NCBI GenBank assembly: GCA_965368975.1
Contig: CBDUPA010000031.1
Span: 1-48,852 of the forward strand
Source: an uncultured bacterium
GTDB lineage: Bacteria > Acidobacteriota > Thermoanaerobaculia > Multivoradales > JAHZIX01
Length of the DNA: 48,852 nt
Direction: 5' to 3'
This document shows, piece after piece, positions 17,890 to 26,908 of this stretch. The notes under the pieces were generated by a model. The model did no database searches and was not told the origin of the DNA. It saw nothing but the letters and a program-made list of their open reading frames with translations. Both the position numbers and the translations under genes were made by a program. Positions within the stretch are counted from its first letter, which is position 1; every line of letters begins with the position of its first letter.

Positions 17890-20800
17890 CTAGAAGCGGC
17901 TCTCCCAGCGTGCATCGACGGAGAACGAGCCGTCACCGTTCTGGGTGAACACCAGGGTCATCTCGGGGGTCACCTGCCACTCGGCTTCGAGGATGTCTTC
18001 CTCGGTGGTCGAGGGATCGCGCGAGTAGGTGAGGAACCAATCTTTGCTCAGTCGCTTGCCGACGGTCACGCGCACGGTCGACACCGCGTCGCTGCCCTGC
18101 AGTAGAGGATCGATGCGCAGTGTGTCGAAGCCGAACAGCGAACTGACACGCTCGGTGACCGCCGAGGTCGCCTGCCCGTAGAGCAGTGTCTCGGCATCCA
18201 GCTCCTGTTCCTGGGCACGACCGCTGGTGATCAGGCGGATGACATCGAGGTCGGGCAGCGGCGGATCGGAGGAGACGCGGGCGTCGAGACGATCGAAGGT
18301 GCCGGAGACGTTGAGAGCAACGCGGTACTGCCGCACGCGAGCGCGCGCCAGCAGGTCGATGGTGGGCTCCAGGCGCTGCGGGTCGGCGAAGGTCAGCAGG
18401 CCGCGCTCGACCTGGTAGTCATTGCCGGCATAGACCACCGTACCGCCGGGCTCCAGCTCCACCTTGCCCGTGAGCACCGGCCGTGCCAGGTCACCGCCCA
18501 GGGTCAGCTCGACGTCACCGCGCAGATTCGCTTCCTGATTGCGCACGCGCAGCGCTTCCGGCCCCTGGATGTCGACGTCGAGCGCGGTCGAGGTGAGCCA
18601 GGTCTCAGTGCGCACGATCTCGATGCGCTGCGGCACCACGAGCTGGCGCGCCGCCTCGGCCATGCTCAGGCCCAAGGACTCCTGGAAACGCATCTCGGCC
18701 AGCTGCACGGTCCCTTCGACCTGACGACCCTGCGGCGTCTTGACCAGGCGTAGGGTGGCGTCGCCCTGCTGCTGCCAGCCTTCCGGGTAGAGCAACTTGA
18801 CGTCTGTCGCGCGGGCGGTGAACTCGTAGTCGATGCCACTTTCGGCCGCTCCGCGCCCCAGCTGTACCTCGCCACGCATGGCCAGCGTGCCCCCGCCGAT
18901 CTCGGCGCTCAGCGTGTCGAGGGCTACGGCGTTGTCGGTGAGGGTGAACTCGGCGCGCAGGCCCTCGACGGTCTGCGGACTGAGCGGCCACACGAAGGCG
19001 TCCAACCGTAGCCTTCCCGTACCCTCGACGCGCGGTGAACCAGCCGGTCCGTGTAGGCGCGCTTGTAGCTCGAACTGCCCGGGCAGGTCGAGCTCGGGTG
19101 TGAACAGACGCAGCCAGCGGGTCGACAGCTTGCTCTCCACGTCGAGATCGACCGGCAGCCCCTCGCGCAGCTGCAGCGTACCGCTCATGCGCAGCTCACC
19201 GGGGCGGGTCGGCCCCTCATCTTCGTCGACACTCTCGCGCAGGAAGATCGAGCGCACCTCGACTTCCCCACCCCTCGCCGCCAGCTCCAGCGGCTCTTCG
19301 GCGGCGAAGCGCAGCCGGCGGTACTCGCCCTCGACGTCGTGCAAGCGCAGCTCGAAGACAGGAGGCACATCAGCACCGTCGGCGACATCCCGATGCACGC
19401 GCAACTCACCGGCCAGGTGGCCTCGCAGCTTGGGCGCCGGCATGCCACTGAGCAATTCGACCAGGCGTGCCAGCTGTGAGCTCTGCAGGTCGAAGCGGAG
19501 ATCGGCGCCCCGTGGGTCCAGGCGCCCGCCACCGTCGAGACGCAGCAGTCCGAGATCGCCACGGGCTTCTAAGCGCTCACCGTCCCAGTCGACATCGGCG
19601 ATCCAGGAGGCATTCGCCGCACCGCCCCCCGGATCGACAACACGATGTCCGAGCACGCTCAGCTCGCGCGTCTCGATCTTGCCTTGCAGAGCCGGCGCGT
19701 CGAGTCGACCACCGATGCGGCCAGAGAAGGTCAGACCACCGTGCAGACGGTCGCCGAATACCAGGTTGAGAGGCGGCGTTTCGAGGCGCAGGACATCGGT
19801 GTCGACCTGCAGGTCGAGGGCGCCGTCAGCAAACTGCAACGCGCCGACGGTGCGCGCCGTGCCGGCAGCAGCCGTCAAGTCGAGGCGGTCGAAGCGCAGC
19901 CGCTGCTGATCCCATTCCAGCGCGGCCCGCACCGCGCGCAGCGGCTGGCCGAAGGCGGTCGCCGCCCCTGAGCGTGCATCCAGCCGGCCGGCCAGGTCAT
20001 CGTACGGCCCCTGCAGGGTCAGGCGACCGGTCAGCGCGCCCTCGAGCGGGATGTCGAGTTGCTGCCAGTAGCCGACCCGCGCCAGTGGCCAGTCGACGGC
20101 GTCGAAGGTCAGCTGCAGACGCTCGGAGCCGTTCATCTCTTCCGGTAGATCCAGCGTCGCCCAGCCCTCGGCCTGCAAAGCTCCGCCCTGCTCGCGTAGC
20201 TGCAGGAAGAGCCGCTCGACCGCCCAGCGGCTGAGTCGTACGGTGCCGGCCATCTGCTCGGCGTCGAGATCCGGTGCCGTCACGTCTTCGAGGTCGAGGT
20301 CGAGGTCGAGCTGCTGCAAACGCTGTGGGCTCGCCGGGCCCAACCCTGGGGCCAACCCGGTCCCGGCACCCGGCCCGTCCCTCGCCAACAACTCCGCAGC
20401 GAGCACCGACTCTGCCAGCGGCCGCACGCCCGTCAACTCTACGCCGTCCGGCGCCAACCAGAGCCGGCCATCGACGACGCCGCGGCCGGTGCGCGGAAAC
20501 CACGACGGCGGCCCCGCCGCGTCACCACTGCCGTCCCACAGCGGTGCGAAGACGGGCAACAACTCGGTGACGCTATCGGTGCTCAGCCGGAAGTCGAAGT
20601 CGATGGCGCTGCGCAGCGTGTCGAAGCTGCCGGAGCCCGACAGGCGCTGTCGTTCGCTGCTCAGGCTGACGCCTTCGAGACGGGCGACGCCGGCATCGAG
20701 CACGAAGGGCACCGAGCCGAGCAACTGCAGCGGAGAGGGGCCCACCGCCGTGGTCTGCAGCGGCTGCAGGAAGAACTGGCCGCTGCCGTCGACGTGCTCG

Positions 20801-22026
20801 CGGCGACCGCTGACGCTGCGCAGCATCAATCGCCCCTGGACGCTGGCATCGACGCCCGTGATCGGCAGCTGCCGCAGCTCCAGGAAGCGCGCCAGCCGCA
20901 TGCCGGCCACCGTCAGGTCGACTTCCAGCGGATCGCCCGGTTGATCGAAGCGCAGCTCGACGTGACCACCCAGCTGCCCCCCAGCGTAGCGGCCGTCGAC
21001 GACGTCGATGTGCAACCTGCCGTCGGTAACCTGCAGCTCCCCTGCCGCTTGCGCCAGCTGCCAGCCGGCCAAGCGCAGATGGGGTGAATCGGCACGGCCG
21101 CGATAGCTCCAACCCTCGCCGCGACGATGAAAGACGGCACCCTCGGTGGTCAGCGGACCGGCGATGCCCTCGAGCCAACCCAGCTGGCTCAGCAAGTCAG
21201 CGTTGCCGCGCGTGGTCAGAGCCAGCAGACCGTCGCCCGTCCGCACTTCGAAGCGCCCGCGTCCAACAGCCGTCCAGGGCCCCAGAGGCGGCTCGGTACC
21301 CTGCACACCGGCACCCTCGCCCTCCTTGAGGTGTAGCCGCAAGCTGCTGACCTCGAGCAACTCGCGACTCAGACGCAGGTCCGTGACCATCGACACCGGC
21401 AGCGGCTGGGAGGCACCGGGCAGGTTGAGCTGCAGCGTGCCCGTCTGCAACTGCCCTTGCAGTTCCCCTGGGGCCTGCCGCAGCAGGTTGAGGCGGAAGG
21501 TCTCGGCAGAAAAATCGAGGTCCAGACGCAGCTGGTCGAACTCGAAGCGGCCTTCGCGTACCACCAGTGCGGCCAGCTTCAGCTGATCGCCGCCACCACT
21601 GCTGCTCCAGCGCGGTAAGTTGAGACTGCCGTCTTCGGCCAGGCTCAACCGTAGCACCGGCCGTTGCAGCTCGACGCGATCGAGGCTCCAATCGCGGCGC
21701 CACAGGCGCTCCAGCTGGCTGCGCAGGCGGACGCGCTCGATGGTCAGCACCGGCGGATCGTCCGTGGCCGGTCCGGCCAGCGTCACGTCTTCGGCTTCGA
21801 ACACCGTCGGCAGAAGGGTGAAGTCGACCGTGCCGAGGGTCACTGGCCGCTGCAGCCGCGAGCTCAGTTCGGCTTGCAGGTAGACGCGCAGGTGCTCGCG
21901 CACCGTGTCGCTGCGTAGGTAGAGCACCAGGCAGAAGAAGACGAGCGCCAGCACCGCGCCACCCCAGAACAGCAGGCGTAGCAGGAGGCGCCGGAGCCGG
22001 CCCTTCCAGCCTCCGGGAACGCTCAC
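17890..22026 (-). CDS. tamB: Translocation/assembly module TamB family protein
   Basis: N-terminal TM with AsmA-like region; C-terminal SSDPPLPDLDVIRLITSG..VTVGKRLSKDWFLTY; 1378 aa. Confidence 0.88.
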   Translation of the reverse strand: MSVPGGWKGRLRRLLLRLLFWGGAVLALVFFCLVLYLRSDTVREHLRVYLQAELSSRLQRPVTLGTVDFTLLPTVFEAEDVTLAGPATDDPPVLTIERVRLRSQLERLWRRDWSLDRVELQRPVLRLSLAEDGSLNLPRWSSSGGGDQLKLAALVVREGRFEFDQLRLDLDFSAETFRLNLLRQAPGELQGQLQTGTLQLNLPGASQPLPVSMVTDLRLSRELLEVSSLRLHLKEGEGAGVQGTEPPLGPWTAVGRGRFEVRTGDGLLALTTRGNADLLSQLGWLEGIAGPLTTEGAVFHRRGEGWSYRGRADSPHLRLAGWQLAQAAGELQVTDGRLHIDVVDGRYAGGQLGGHVELRFDQPGDPLEVDLTVAGMRLARFLELRQLPITGVDASVQGRLMLRSVSGRREHVDGSGQFFLQPLQTTAVGPSPLQLLGSVPFVLDAGVARLEGVSLSSERQRLSGSGSFDTLRSAIDFDFRLSTDSVTELLPVFAPLWDGSGDAAGPPSWFPRTGRGVVDGRLWLAPDGVELTGVRPLAESVLAAELLARDGPGAGTGLAPGLGPASPQRLQQLDLDLDLEDVTAPDLDAEQMAGTVRLSRWAVERLFLQLREQGGALQAEGWATLDLPEEMNGSERLQLTFDAVDWPLARVGYWQQLDIPLEGALTGRLTLQGPYDDLAGRLDARSGAATAFGQPLRAVRAALEWDQQRLRFDRLDLTAAAGTARTVGALQFADGALDLQVDTDVLRLETPPLNLVFGDRLHGGLTFSGRIGGRLDAPALQGKIETRELSVLGHRVVDPGGGAANASWIADVDWDGERLEARGDLGLLRLDGGGRLDPRGADLRFDLQSSQLARLVELLSGMPAPKLRGHLAGELRVHRDVADGADVPPVFELRLHDVEGEYRRLRFAAEEPLELAARGGEVEVRSIFLRESVDEDEGPTRPGELRMSGTLQLREGLPVDLDVESKLSTRWLRLFTPELDLPGQFELQARLHGPAGSPRVEGTGRLRLDAFVWPLSPQTVEGLRAEFTLTDNAVALDTLSAEIGGGTLAMRGEVQLGRGAAESGIDYEFTARATDVKLLYPEGWQQQGDATLRLVKTPQGRQVEGTVQLAEMRFQESLGLSMAEAARQLVVPQRIEIVRTETWLTSTALDVDIQGPEALRVRNQEANLRGDVELTLGGDLARPVLTGKVELEPGGTVVYAGNDYQVERGLLTFADPQRLEPTIDLLARARVRQYRVALNVSGTFDRLDARVSSDPPLPDLDVIRLITSGRAQEQELDAETLLYGQATSAVTERVSSLFGFDTLRIDPLLQGSDAVSTVRVTVGKRLSKDWFLTYSRDPSTTEEDILEAEWQVTPEMTLVFTQNGDGSFSVDARWESRF

Positions 22027-22928
22027 GGTCTGGTGGCGGAGTCGTCCGGAGCCAGGCCACCCCAGCCGAGTTTTTCCCGCAGATTGTCGTAGAAGGTGCG
22101 CTCGCTCACTTTGACCAGCTGCACTTCGGCGGCGCTACGCCGCAGGCGCACGGTGTCGTGCGCTTCCAACGTGCACCCGTCCTGGCCGTCAGCACTGAGA
22201 AACACCTCCACGTCCTGCGTCTGCAAAGTGACTTCGACGGTCGAGGAGTCGGGCACCACGATTGGACGCTGAGTCAGGGTATGGGGGCAGATCGGCGTCA
22301 GCACGGTGACCGGCAGGCGCGGATAGAGAATCGGACCGCCAGCGCTCAAGTTGTAGGCGGTCGAACCGGTGGGCGTCGAGACGATCAACCCATCCGCCCG
22401 GTAGCGCGCCAGATCGCGGCCGTCGACCTGCACATCCAGCTCGATGATGCGCGAACGCGTCGCCTTGGTGACCACGAAGTCATTGAAGGCGCTGAAGCTC
22501 TCGAGATCGCGGCCGTCGCGCACGATCGACGCCGACAGCAACGAGCGAGTCTCGATCTCGAACTCACCGGCCAGCACGTCGACCAGAACCGGGTAGAGGC
22601 GCGAGCGGCCGACCTCGGTGAGGAAGCCCAGGTGCCCCATGTTGACCCCCAGCAACGGTACGCCCGCCGGCAGCGAGCGCGCCGCCCCGAGTAGCGTGCC
22701 GTCACCCCCGAGAGCGATCACCAGGTCGTAGGCGCGCTTGTCCAGGCTGGCGGCGCCGCCGACGGCCGGCTGCGGCCCGTGCACCCGGGTCGGCACGACA
22801 TCGATTCCCTTGCGGCGCAGCCACTCGGTCAACTCGTGCGCCAGGTGCTGGGCAGCGTCGCTGTCCGGCTTGGACACCAAGCCGACGCGCTGAAAGCGTG
22901 CCGGACGGGCGGTTGTCTGCTCACTCAT
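22023..22928 (-). CDS. nadK: NAD(+) kinase
   Basis: GGDGT, GVNMGHLGFL, FND, DGLIVSTPTGSTAYNLSAGGP, TPICPH. Confidence 0.96.
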   Translation of the reverse strand: MSEQTTARPARFQRVGLVSKPDSDAAQHLAHELTEWLRRKGIDVVPTRVHGPQPAVGGAASLDKRAYDLVIALGGDGTLLGAARSLPAGVPLLGVNMGHLGFLTEVGRSRLYPVLVDVLAGEFEIETRSLLSASIVRDGRDLESFSAFNDFVVTKATRSRIIELDVQVDGRDLARYRADGLIVSTPTGSTAYNLSAGGPILYPRLPVTVLTPICPHTLTQRPIVVPDSSTVEVTLQTQDVEVFLSADGQDGCTLEAHDTVRLRRSAAEVQLVKVSERTFYDNLREKLGWGGLAPDDSATRP

Positions 22929-22941
22929 GGCATCACCTCGC

Positions 22942-23751
22942 TCATCGCGCTCTTCCGATCTCAGCACCCGCGTCCTGCTCACCCTGAGCAAGATCCTCGG
23001 GCCAGGACTCGTGCGACCAGTGCAGTAGCACGAAGGCCTCGCGGTTGCCGCCGACACCATGGACAGGCGAATCGAACAGACCGCGAAGCTCGAAGCCCAG
23101 CTCCTGCAGCTGCGCTGCCCGTGTCTCGATCACCGAGCGGCGCACCGTCTCGTCGCGCACGATGCCGCCCTTCCCGACCTGCTCACGTCCGGCTTCGAAC
23201 TGTGGCTTGATCAGCGCCATGACGTGCGCTCCGCAGCGCAGGTGCGGACGTAGAGGCGGCGCCACCTTGAGCAGCGAGATGAAGGAAACGTCGATGGTCA
23301 TCAAGTCACAGGCTTCAGGCAGGGCGTCGGGCGTCAGGTGGCGGGCGTTCACGCGCTCCATGACGACAACGCGAGAATCAACGCGCAACTGGTGCACCAA
23401 CTGGTTGTATCCGACATCGATCGCGTAGACCCGCACGGCACCTCGCTGCAGCAGACAATCCGTGAATCCGCCGGTCGATGCCCCGATGTCGGCACACACG
23501 GCGCCAGCGGGATCGAGCTGGAAGTGGTCCAGCGCCGCGGCCAGCTTGCGACCGGCACGCGAGGCGTAGGGCTCGCGGTCCAGCGTCACCTGCAGGTCGG
23601 CCTGCGGCCCCACCGCCGTCCCCGCCTTGTCGACCACCTGCCCCTCGACACGCACAGCCCCCGCCATCACCGCCCGGCGGGCCTGTTCACGGCTGGGGAA
23701 CAGTTCGCGCTGCACCAGCAACTGGTCGAGACGCAGGGTTGTACGCGCCAT
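22942..23751 (-). CDS. tlyA: TlyA family rRNA methyltransferase
   Basis: RLDQLLV (S4 domain), YASRAGRKL, DIGASTGGFTDCLLQRGA, DVSFISL, LIKPQFEAG, GNRE. Confidence 0.96.
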   Translation of the reverse strand: MARTTLRLDQLLVQRELFPSREQARRAVMAGAVRVEGQVVDKAGTAVGPQADLQVTLDREPYASRAGRKLAAALDHFQLDPAGAVCADIGASTGGFTDCLLQRGAVRVYAIDVGYNQLVHQLRVDSRVVVMERVNARHLTPDALPEACDLMTIDVSFISLLKVAPPLRPHLRCGAHVMALIKPQFEAGREQVGKGGIVRDETVRRSVIETRAAQLQELGFELRGLFDSPVHGVGGNREAFVLLHWSHESWPEDLAQGEQDAGAEIGRAR

Positions 23752-23766
23752 AGTGGTTTCGGGCGC

Positions 23767-25065
23767 TCAGCGCCCCGCTCCTTGCGTTGATGCTACCACT
23801 GCCGTGCTACCTCCGCCTTGTAGACAGAAGGGCAACGCGAGCAGGAATAGCAAGATGCGCTGCACCTCGTCGTCAGCCCAATTGTCCTCGAACAGGCCGG
23901 CAACGGCGAAGCCGAGCAGCGCCAGTAGCGTCCCCAGGTAGAGCGCCGCGTTCGGCCCGCTCCAGCCGCCTTCCTCGCGCAGGCGCCGCCAGGCGGTACA
24001 ACCGGCGGCGCCCCACAGCCACAGCAAGGCCGCCAGCGCCGGCAGCCCCCGCTCTGCCGCCAGCTGCAAATAGGCATTGTGCAGGTGCGGCACCCAGAAG
24101 CGTGTCGACGTCGAGTGTCGATAGATCGCGTAGCGCTCCGAGACCATCTCCGGCCCCTGGCCGAGCAAGGGCCGCTCGGCGATCATCCGCGCGCCTGCAT
24201 AGGCCATGCACAAGCGGTCGTAGTTCGAGGGATCTCCCGGATCGACGATCGAGACCGCCCGTTGCACCAGCGACAGCGGCGCCAGCAACACCACCAGCAC
24301 CAGCACCGGCACATAAACCAGCAACAGGCGCGGCAGGCGGGCGAGCGCCAGCACGGTGAACACCACGGCCAGCGCTACCCAGGAGTTGCGCGTGTAGCTC
24401 AGGAACAGTGCCAGGTTGATCACCACCAGCAGCGGCCAGCTCCACCACTTGCGCCAGGCGCCGCAGGCCATCTCGGCCAGCAGCAAGCAATCGCCCAGCA
24501 ACAGCATCCCGGCGAAGGTCATGTAGTGCGACAGCGTCGCTCGCATGCGCGCGTCGAGGCTGTCGTAGCCGGAGAAGTACTGCACCAGGCCGATCACGGC
24601 CAGTGCCCCGGTGAGCAGAATCACGCCGCGCGTCACACGGCGGGCATCGTCGGCACGGCGCACCAGCAGCAGCGCCAGCAGGATGCAGCAGAAGTTGAAC
24701 ACATCGCCACCAGCTCGACGGCTGACGTCCCAATCGTAGGAGAAGACCATGGACAGCAGCAGCCACAACAGGTACACCGCCGCGGGCACCCACAGCGGAC
24801 GCCAGCGCACCCAGTCCTCGCGCGTGGGCCGGCGCGCCGCCCACGGTGCCGCCAGGACGCTGAGTCCGAGCAGGATGTTGGACGCCGCAATGCTGAACAG
24901 CGCCCACTGGTGACTGGCGAAGAGCCAGAAACCGACGCGCTGGCGACTCTCGGGGGGCGTGCCTAGGAGACTGGACCTTGTGAGCTGGGTACCCGAGAGG
25001 TTGGTACTAACGCGGGTGCCGCTTCCAGACGGTCCGGACCCGGACGACATGCCAGCTGCGGCCAT
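23767..25065 (-). CDS. O-antigen ligase family membrane protein
   Basis: Multiple TM segments; LSYTRNSW; PLLGQG; HLHNAYLQLAAERGLP. Confidence 0.88.
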   Translation of the reverse strand: MAAAGMSSGSGPSGSGTRVSTNLSGTQLTRSSLLGTPPESRQRVGFWLFASHQWALFSIAASNILLGLSVLAAPWAARRPTREDWVRWRPLWVPAAVYLLWLLLSMVFSYDWDVSRRAGGDVFNFCCILLALLLVRRADDARRVTRGVILLTGALAVIGLVQYFSGYDSLDARMRATLSHYMTFAGMLLLGDCLLLAEMACGAWRKWWSWPLLVVINLALFLSYTRNSWVALAVVFTVLALARLPRLLLVYVPVLVLVVLLAPLSLVQRAVSIVDPGDPSNYDRLCMAYAGARMIAERPLLGQGPEMVSERYAIYRHSTSTRFWVPHLHNAYLQLAAERGLPALAALLWLWGAAGCTAWRRLREEGGWSGPNAALYLGTLLALLGFAVAGLFEDNWADDEVQRILLFLLALPFCLQGGGSTAVVASTQGAGR

Positions 25066-25080
25066 GGGCTCAGGAGGAGG

Positions 25081-25386
25081 TCAGCCTGCGTCAGAGCAGT
25101 CGTCCGACTGCTCTACGGGTGGCTCCGCGGAGCCCGAAAGACCGGCGGCGGTAGCGGGCAGTGCCTCGTCGATCAGCAGGATCGGGATGTCCGAAACGAT
25201 CGGATAGATCAGCGCCGCGGTAGGACTGTGGAGCCCCTGGACGACCGACGGTGTCTCGTCTCGGAAGTGCTCGCCGTACTTGTCGGCCAGCGACTTGCAC
25301 AGGGCCTCGGGCAGCTCGATGAGTTCCAGCTTGCCGTCGCTCTTGGGACATCTGAGAATGTCCAGTGTTTCCTGATCCAGCGCCAT
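25081..25386 (-). CDS. Trm112-like protein with insertion
   Basis: LDILRCPKSDGKL...YPIVSDIPILLIDEA. Confidence 0.8.
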   Translation of the reverse strand: MALDQETLDILRCPKSDGKLELIELPEALCKSLADKYGEHFRDETPSVVQGLHSPTAALIYPIVSDIPILLIDEALPATAAGLSGSAEPPVEQSDDCSDAG

Positions 25387-25453
25387 GAGCGTCTCCTTGA
25401 TCACCCCTTCGGACGGGGCACTGCAGAAATCTCAGAATAGCACAGCGGCCCGA

Positions 25454-25900
25454 TCACATCTGGCCTTGCAATAGCTGACGCGTCTTCCAGCGACGGTAGG
25501 CGAACAACGCCGGCAGCCCGACCCACATCTTGAGTCCGACGAAGGCCCACAGCGGGTGCTTCTTCAGGTGGGCTCGGATGTCGTCGACCACGCGCGTCCG
25601 GCCGTCTTCCAGGCGTTCGAAACGATGCTCGTGACGCCACTCTCGAAACGGCCCGGAAACCTGGACGTCGACGAAGCCCCCCTTGCTCACATCCTCCAGA
25701 CGCGCCTGCCAGCGCACCGGTAGTGGCCCGAGCCAGAGCGTGAAGCGCATCTCGGAGCCCTCTTGCAGCACGTCCGGCACGTCGTCCAGCTGCATCGGCA
25801 CGAAGGGCGGCGTGATCGCTTCGAGGCTCTCGGCGTGGCGGTGGAAGTCCGAGACGGTATCCAGCGACGCGGCCACTTCGAAGGATCGGTGGAAATGCAT
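25454..25900 (-). CDS. SRPBCC family protein
   Basis: LEAITPP, FVDVQVSGPFREWRHEHRF, LFAYR; typical neighbour of TIGR01777 genes. Confidence 0.88.
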   Translation of the reverse strand: MHFHRSFEVAASLDTVSDFHRHAESLEAITPPFVPMQLDDVPDVLQEGSEMRFTLWLGPLPVRWQARLEDVSKGGFVDVQVSGPFREWRHEHRFERLEDGRTRVVDDIRAHLKKHPLWAFVGLKMWVGLPALFAYRRWKTRQLLQGQM

Positions 25901-25908
25901 CGGCGGCC

Positions 25909-26874
25909 TCAGTCCCGCACCAGGTCGCGCAAGGCGGGTTCGAGCTCGGGGAAGCGGAAGGCGTAGCCGGCTTGCTGCAACCGCGCGGGCACTGCTCGTT
26001 GCCCGGTGAGCAGGACGTCTGCCATGTCACCAAGGAGCAGCCGCAAGCCGAAGGCAGGTGCCGGCAGCACCGTGGGCCGGCGCACGACGCGGCCGAGGGT
26101 GCGCGTCAGGTCGCGGTTGCGCTCGGGTGCTGGAGCGGTGAGGTTGTACGGACCGCTGACCCCGGTATCTTCGAGGAAAGAGCCATCCTCGAGCAGGAAG
26201 CGGATGGCACCAGCGATGTCGTCGATGTGGATCCAGGGCATCCACTGCCGGCCGTTGCCGAGCGGACCTCCGACACCCAGCTTGACCGGCTGCAGCAGCT
26301 TGGGGAAGGCACCGCCGTCAGGGCTCAGCACAACCCCGATTCGCAGCACCACGCGACGCACGCCGTCCTCCTCGGCCTCACCGCGCGCGACGCCGGCGGT
26401 CGAGGCTTCCCAGTCGACACACACGCGGGCCAGGAAGTCGTCGCCCGGCTCCGCGGTCTCGGTGATCGTCTCGTCACCGCGCGGACCGTAGTAGCCGACC
26501 GCAGATGCCTGCAGCAGCACGCAGGGCTTCTTCTTGGCCTTGGTAATCGCTTCGCTGACCGCGCGCCCTGCGTCCAGTCGACTGTCACGGATGCGCCGCT
26601 TGCGACCGGCCGTCCACCGGTTCCTCGGCCAGACGCCGCCAGCGACGTTCTCGCCCGCCAAATTGAGGATGGCGGTGTCGCCGTCCAGCATCGGTCCCCA
26701 ACCATGACTGGTGCGCGCGTCCCACGCTTCGGCGCTGACGCCGTTGGGCAGATTCTGCAAACGCTGTGGACGGCGGCTCAGCCAAACCACTTCCCAGCCA
26801 GCGTCCACCAACTCGCGGGTTACGGCCCGGCCGATCAGGCCGGATCCGCCGGTGATCACGATGCGCTTTGCCAT
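25909..26874 (-). CDS. TIGR01777 family NAD-dependent epimerase/oxidoreductase
   Basis: ITGGSGLIG, NLAGE, ASAVGYYG, FLARVCVDWE, GRQWMPWIHIDD. Confidence 0.93.
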   Translation of the reverse strand: MAKRIVITGGSGLIGRAVTRELVDAGWEVVWLSRRPQRLQNLPNGVSAEAWDARTSHGWGPMLDGDTAILNLAGENVAGGVWPRNRWTAGRKRRIRDSRLDAGRAVSEAITKAKKKPCVLLQASAVGYYGPRGDETITETAEPGDDFLARVCVDWEASTAGVARGEAEEDGVRRVVLRIGVVLSPDGGAFPKLLQPVKLGVGGPLGNGRQWMPWIHIDDIAGAIRFLLEDGSFLEDTGVSGPYNLTAPAPERNRDLTRTLGRVVRRPTVLPAPAFGLRLLLGDMADVLLTGQRAVPARLQQAGYAFRFPELEPALRDLVRD

Positions 26875-26908
26875 GCTTCTCCTCGGTAGCGCTCGCCGAC
26901 AGACCTGG

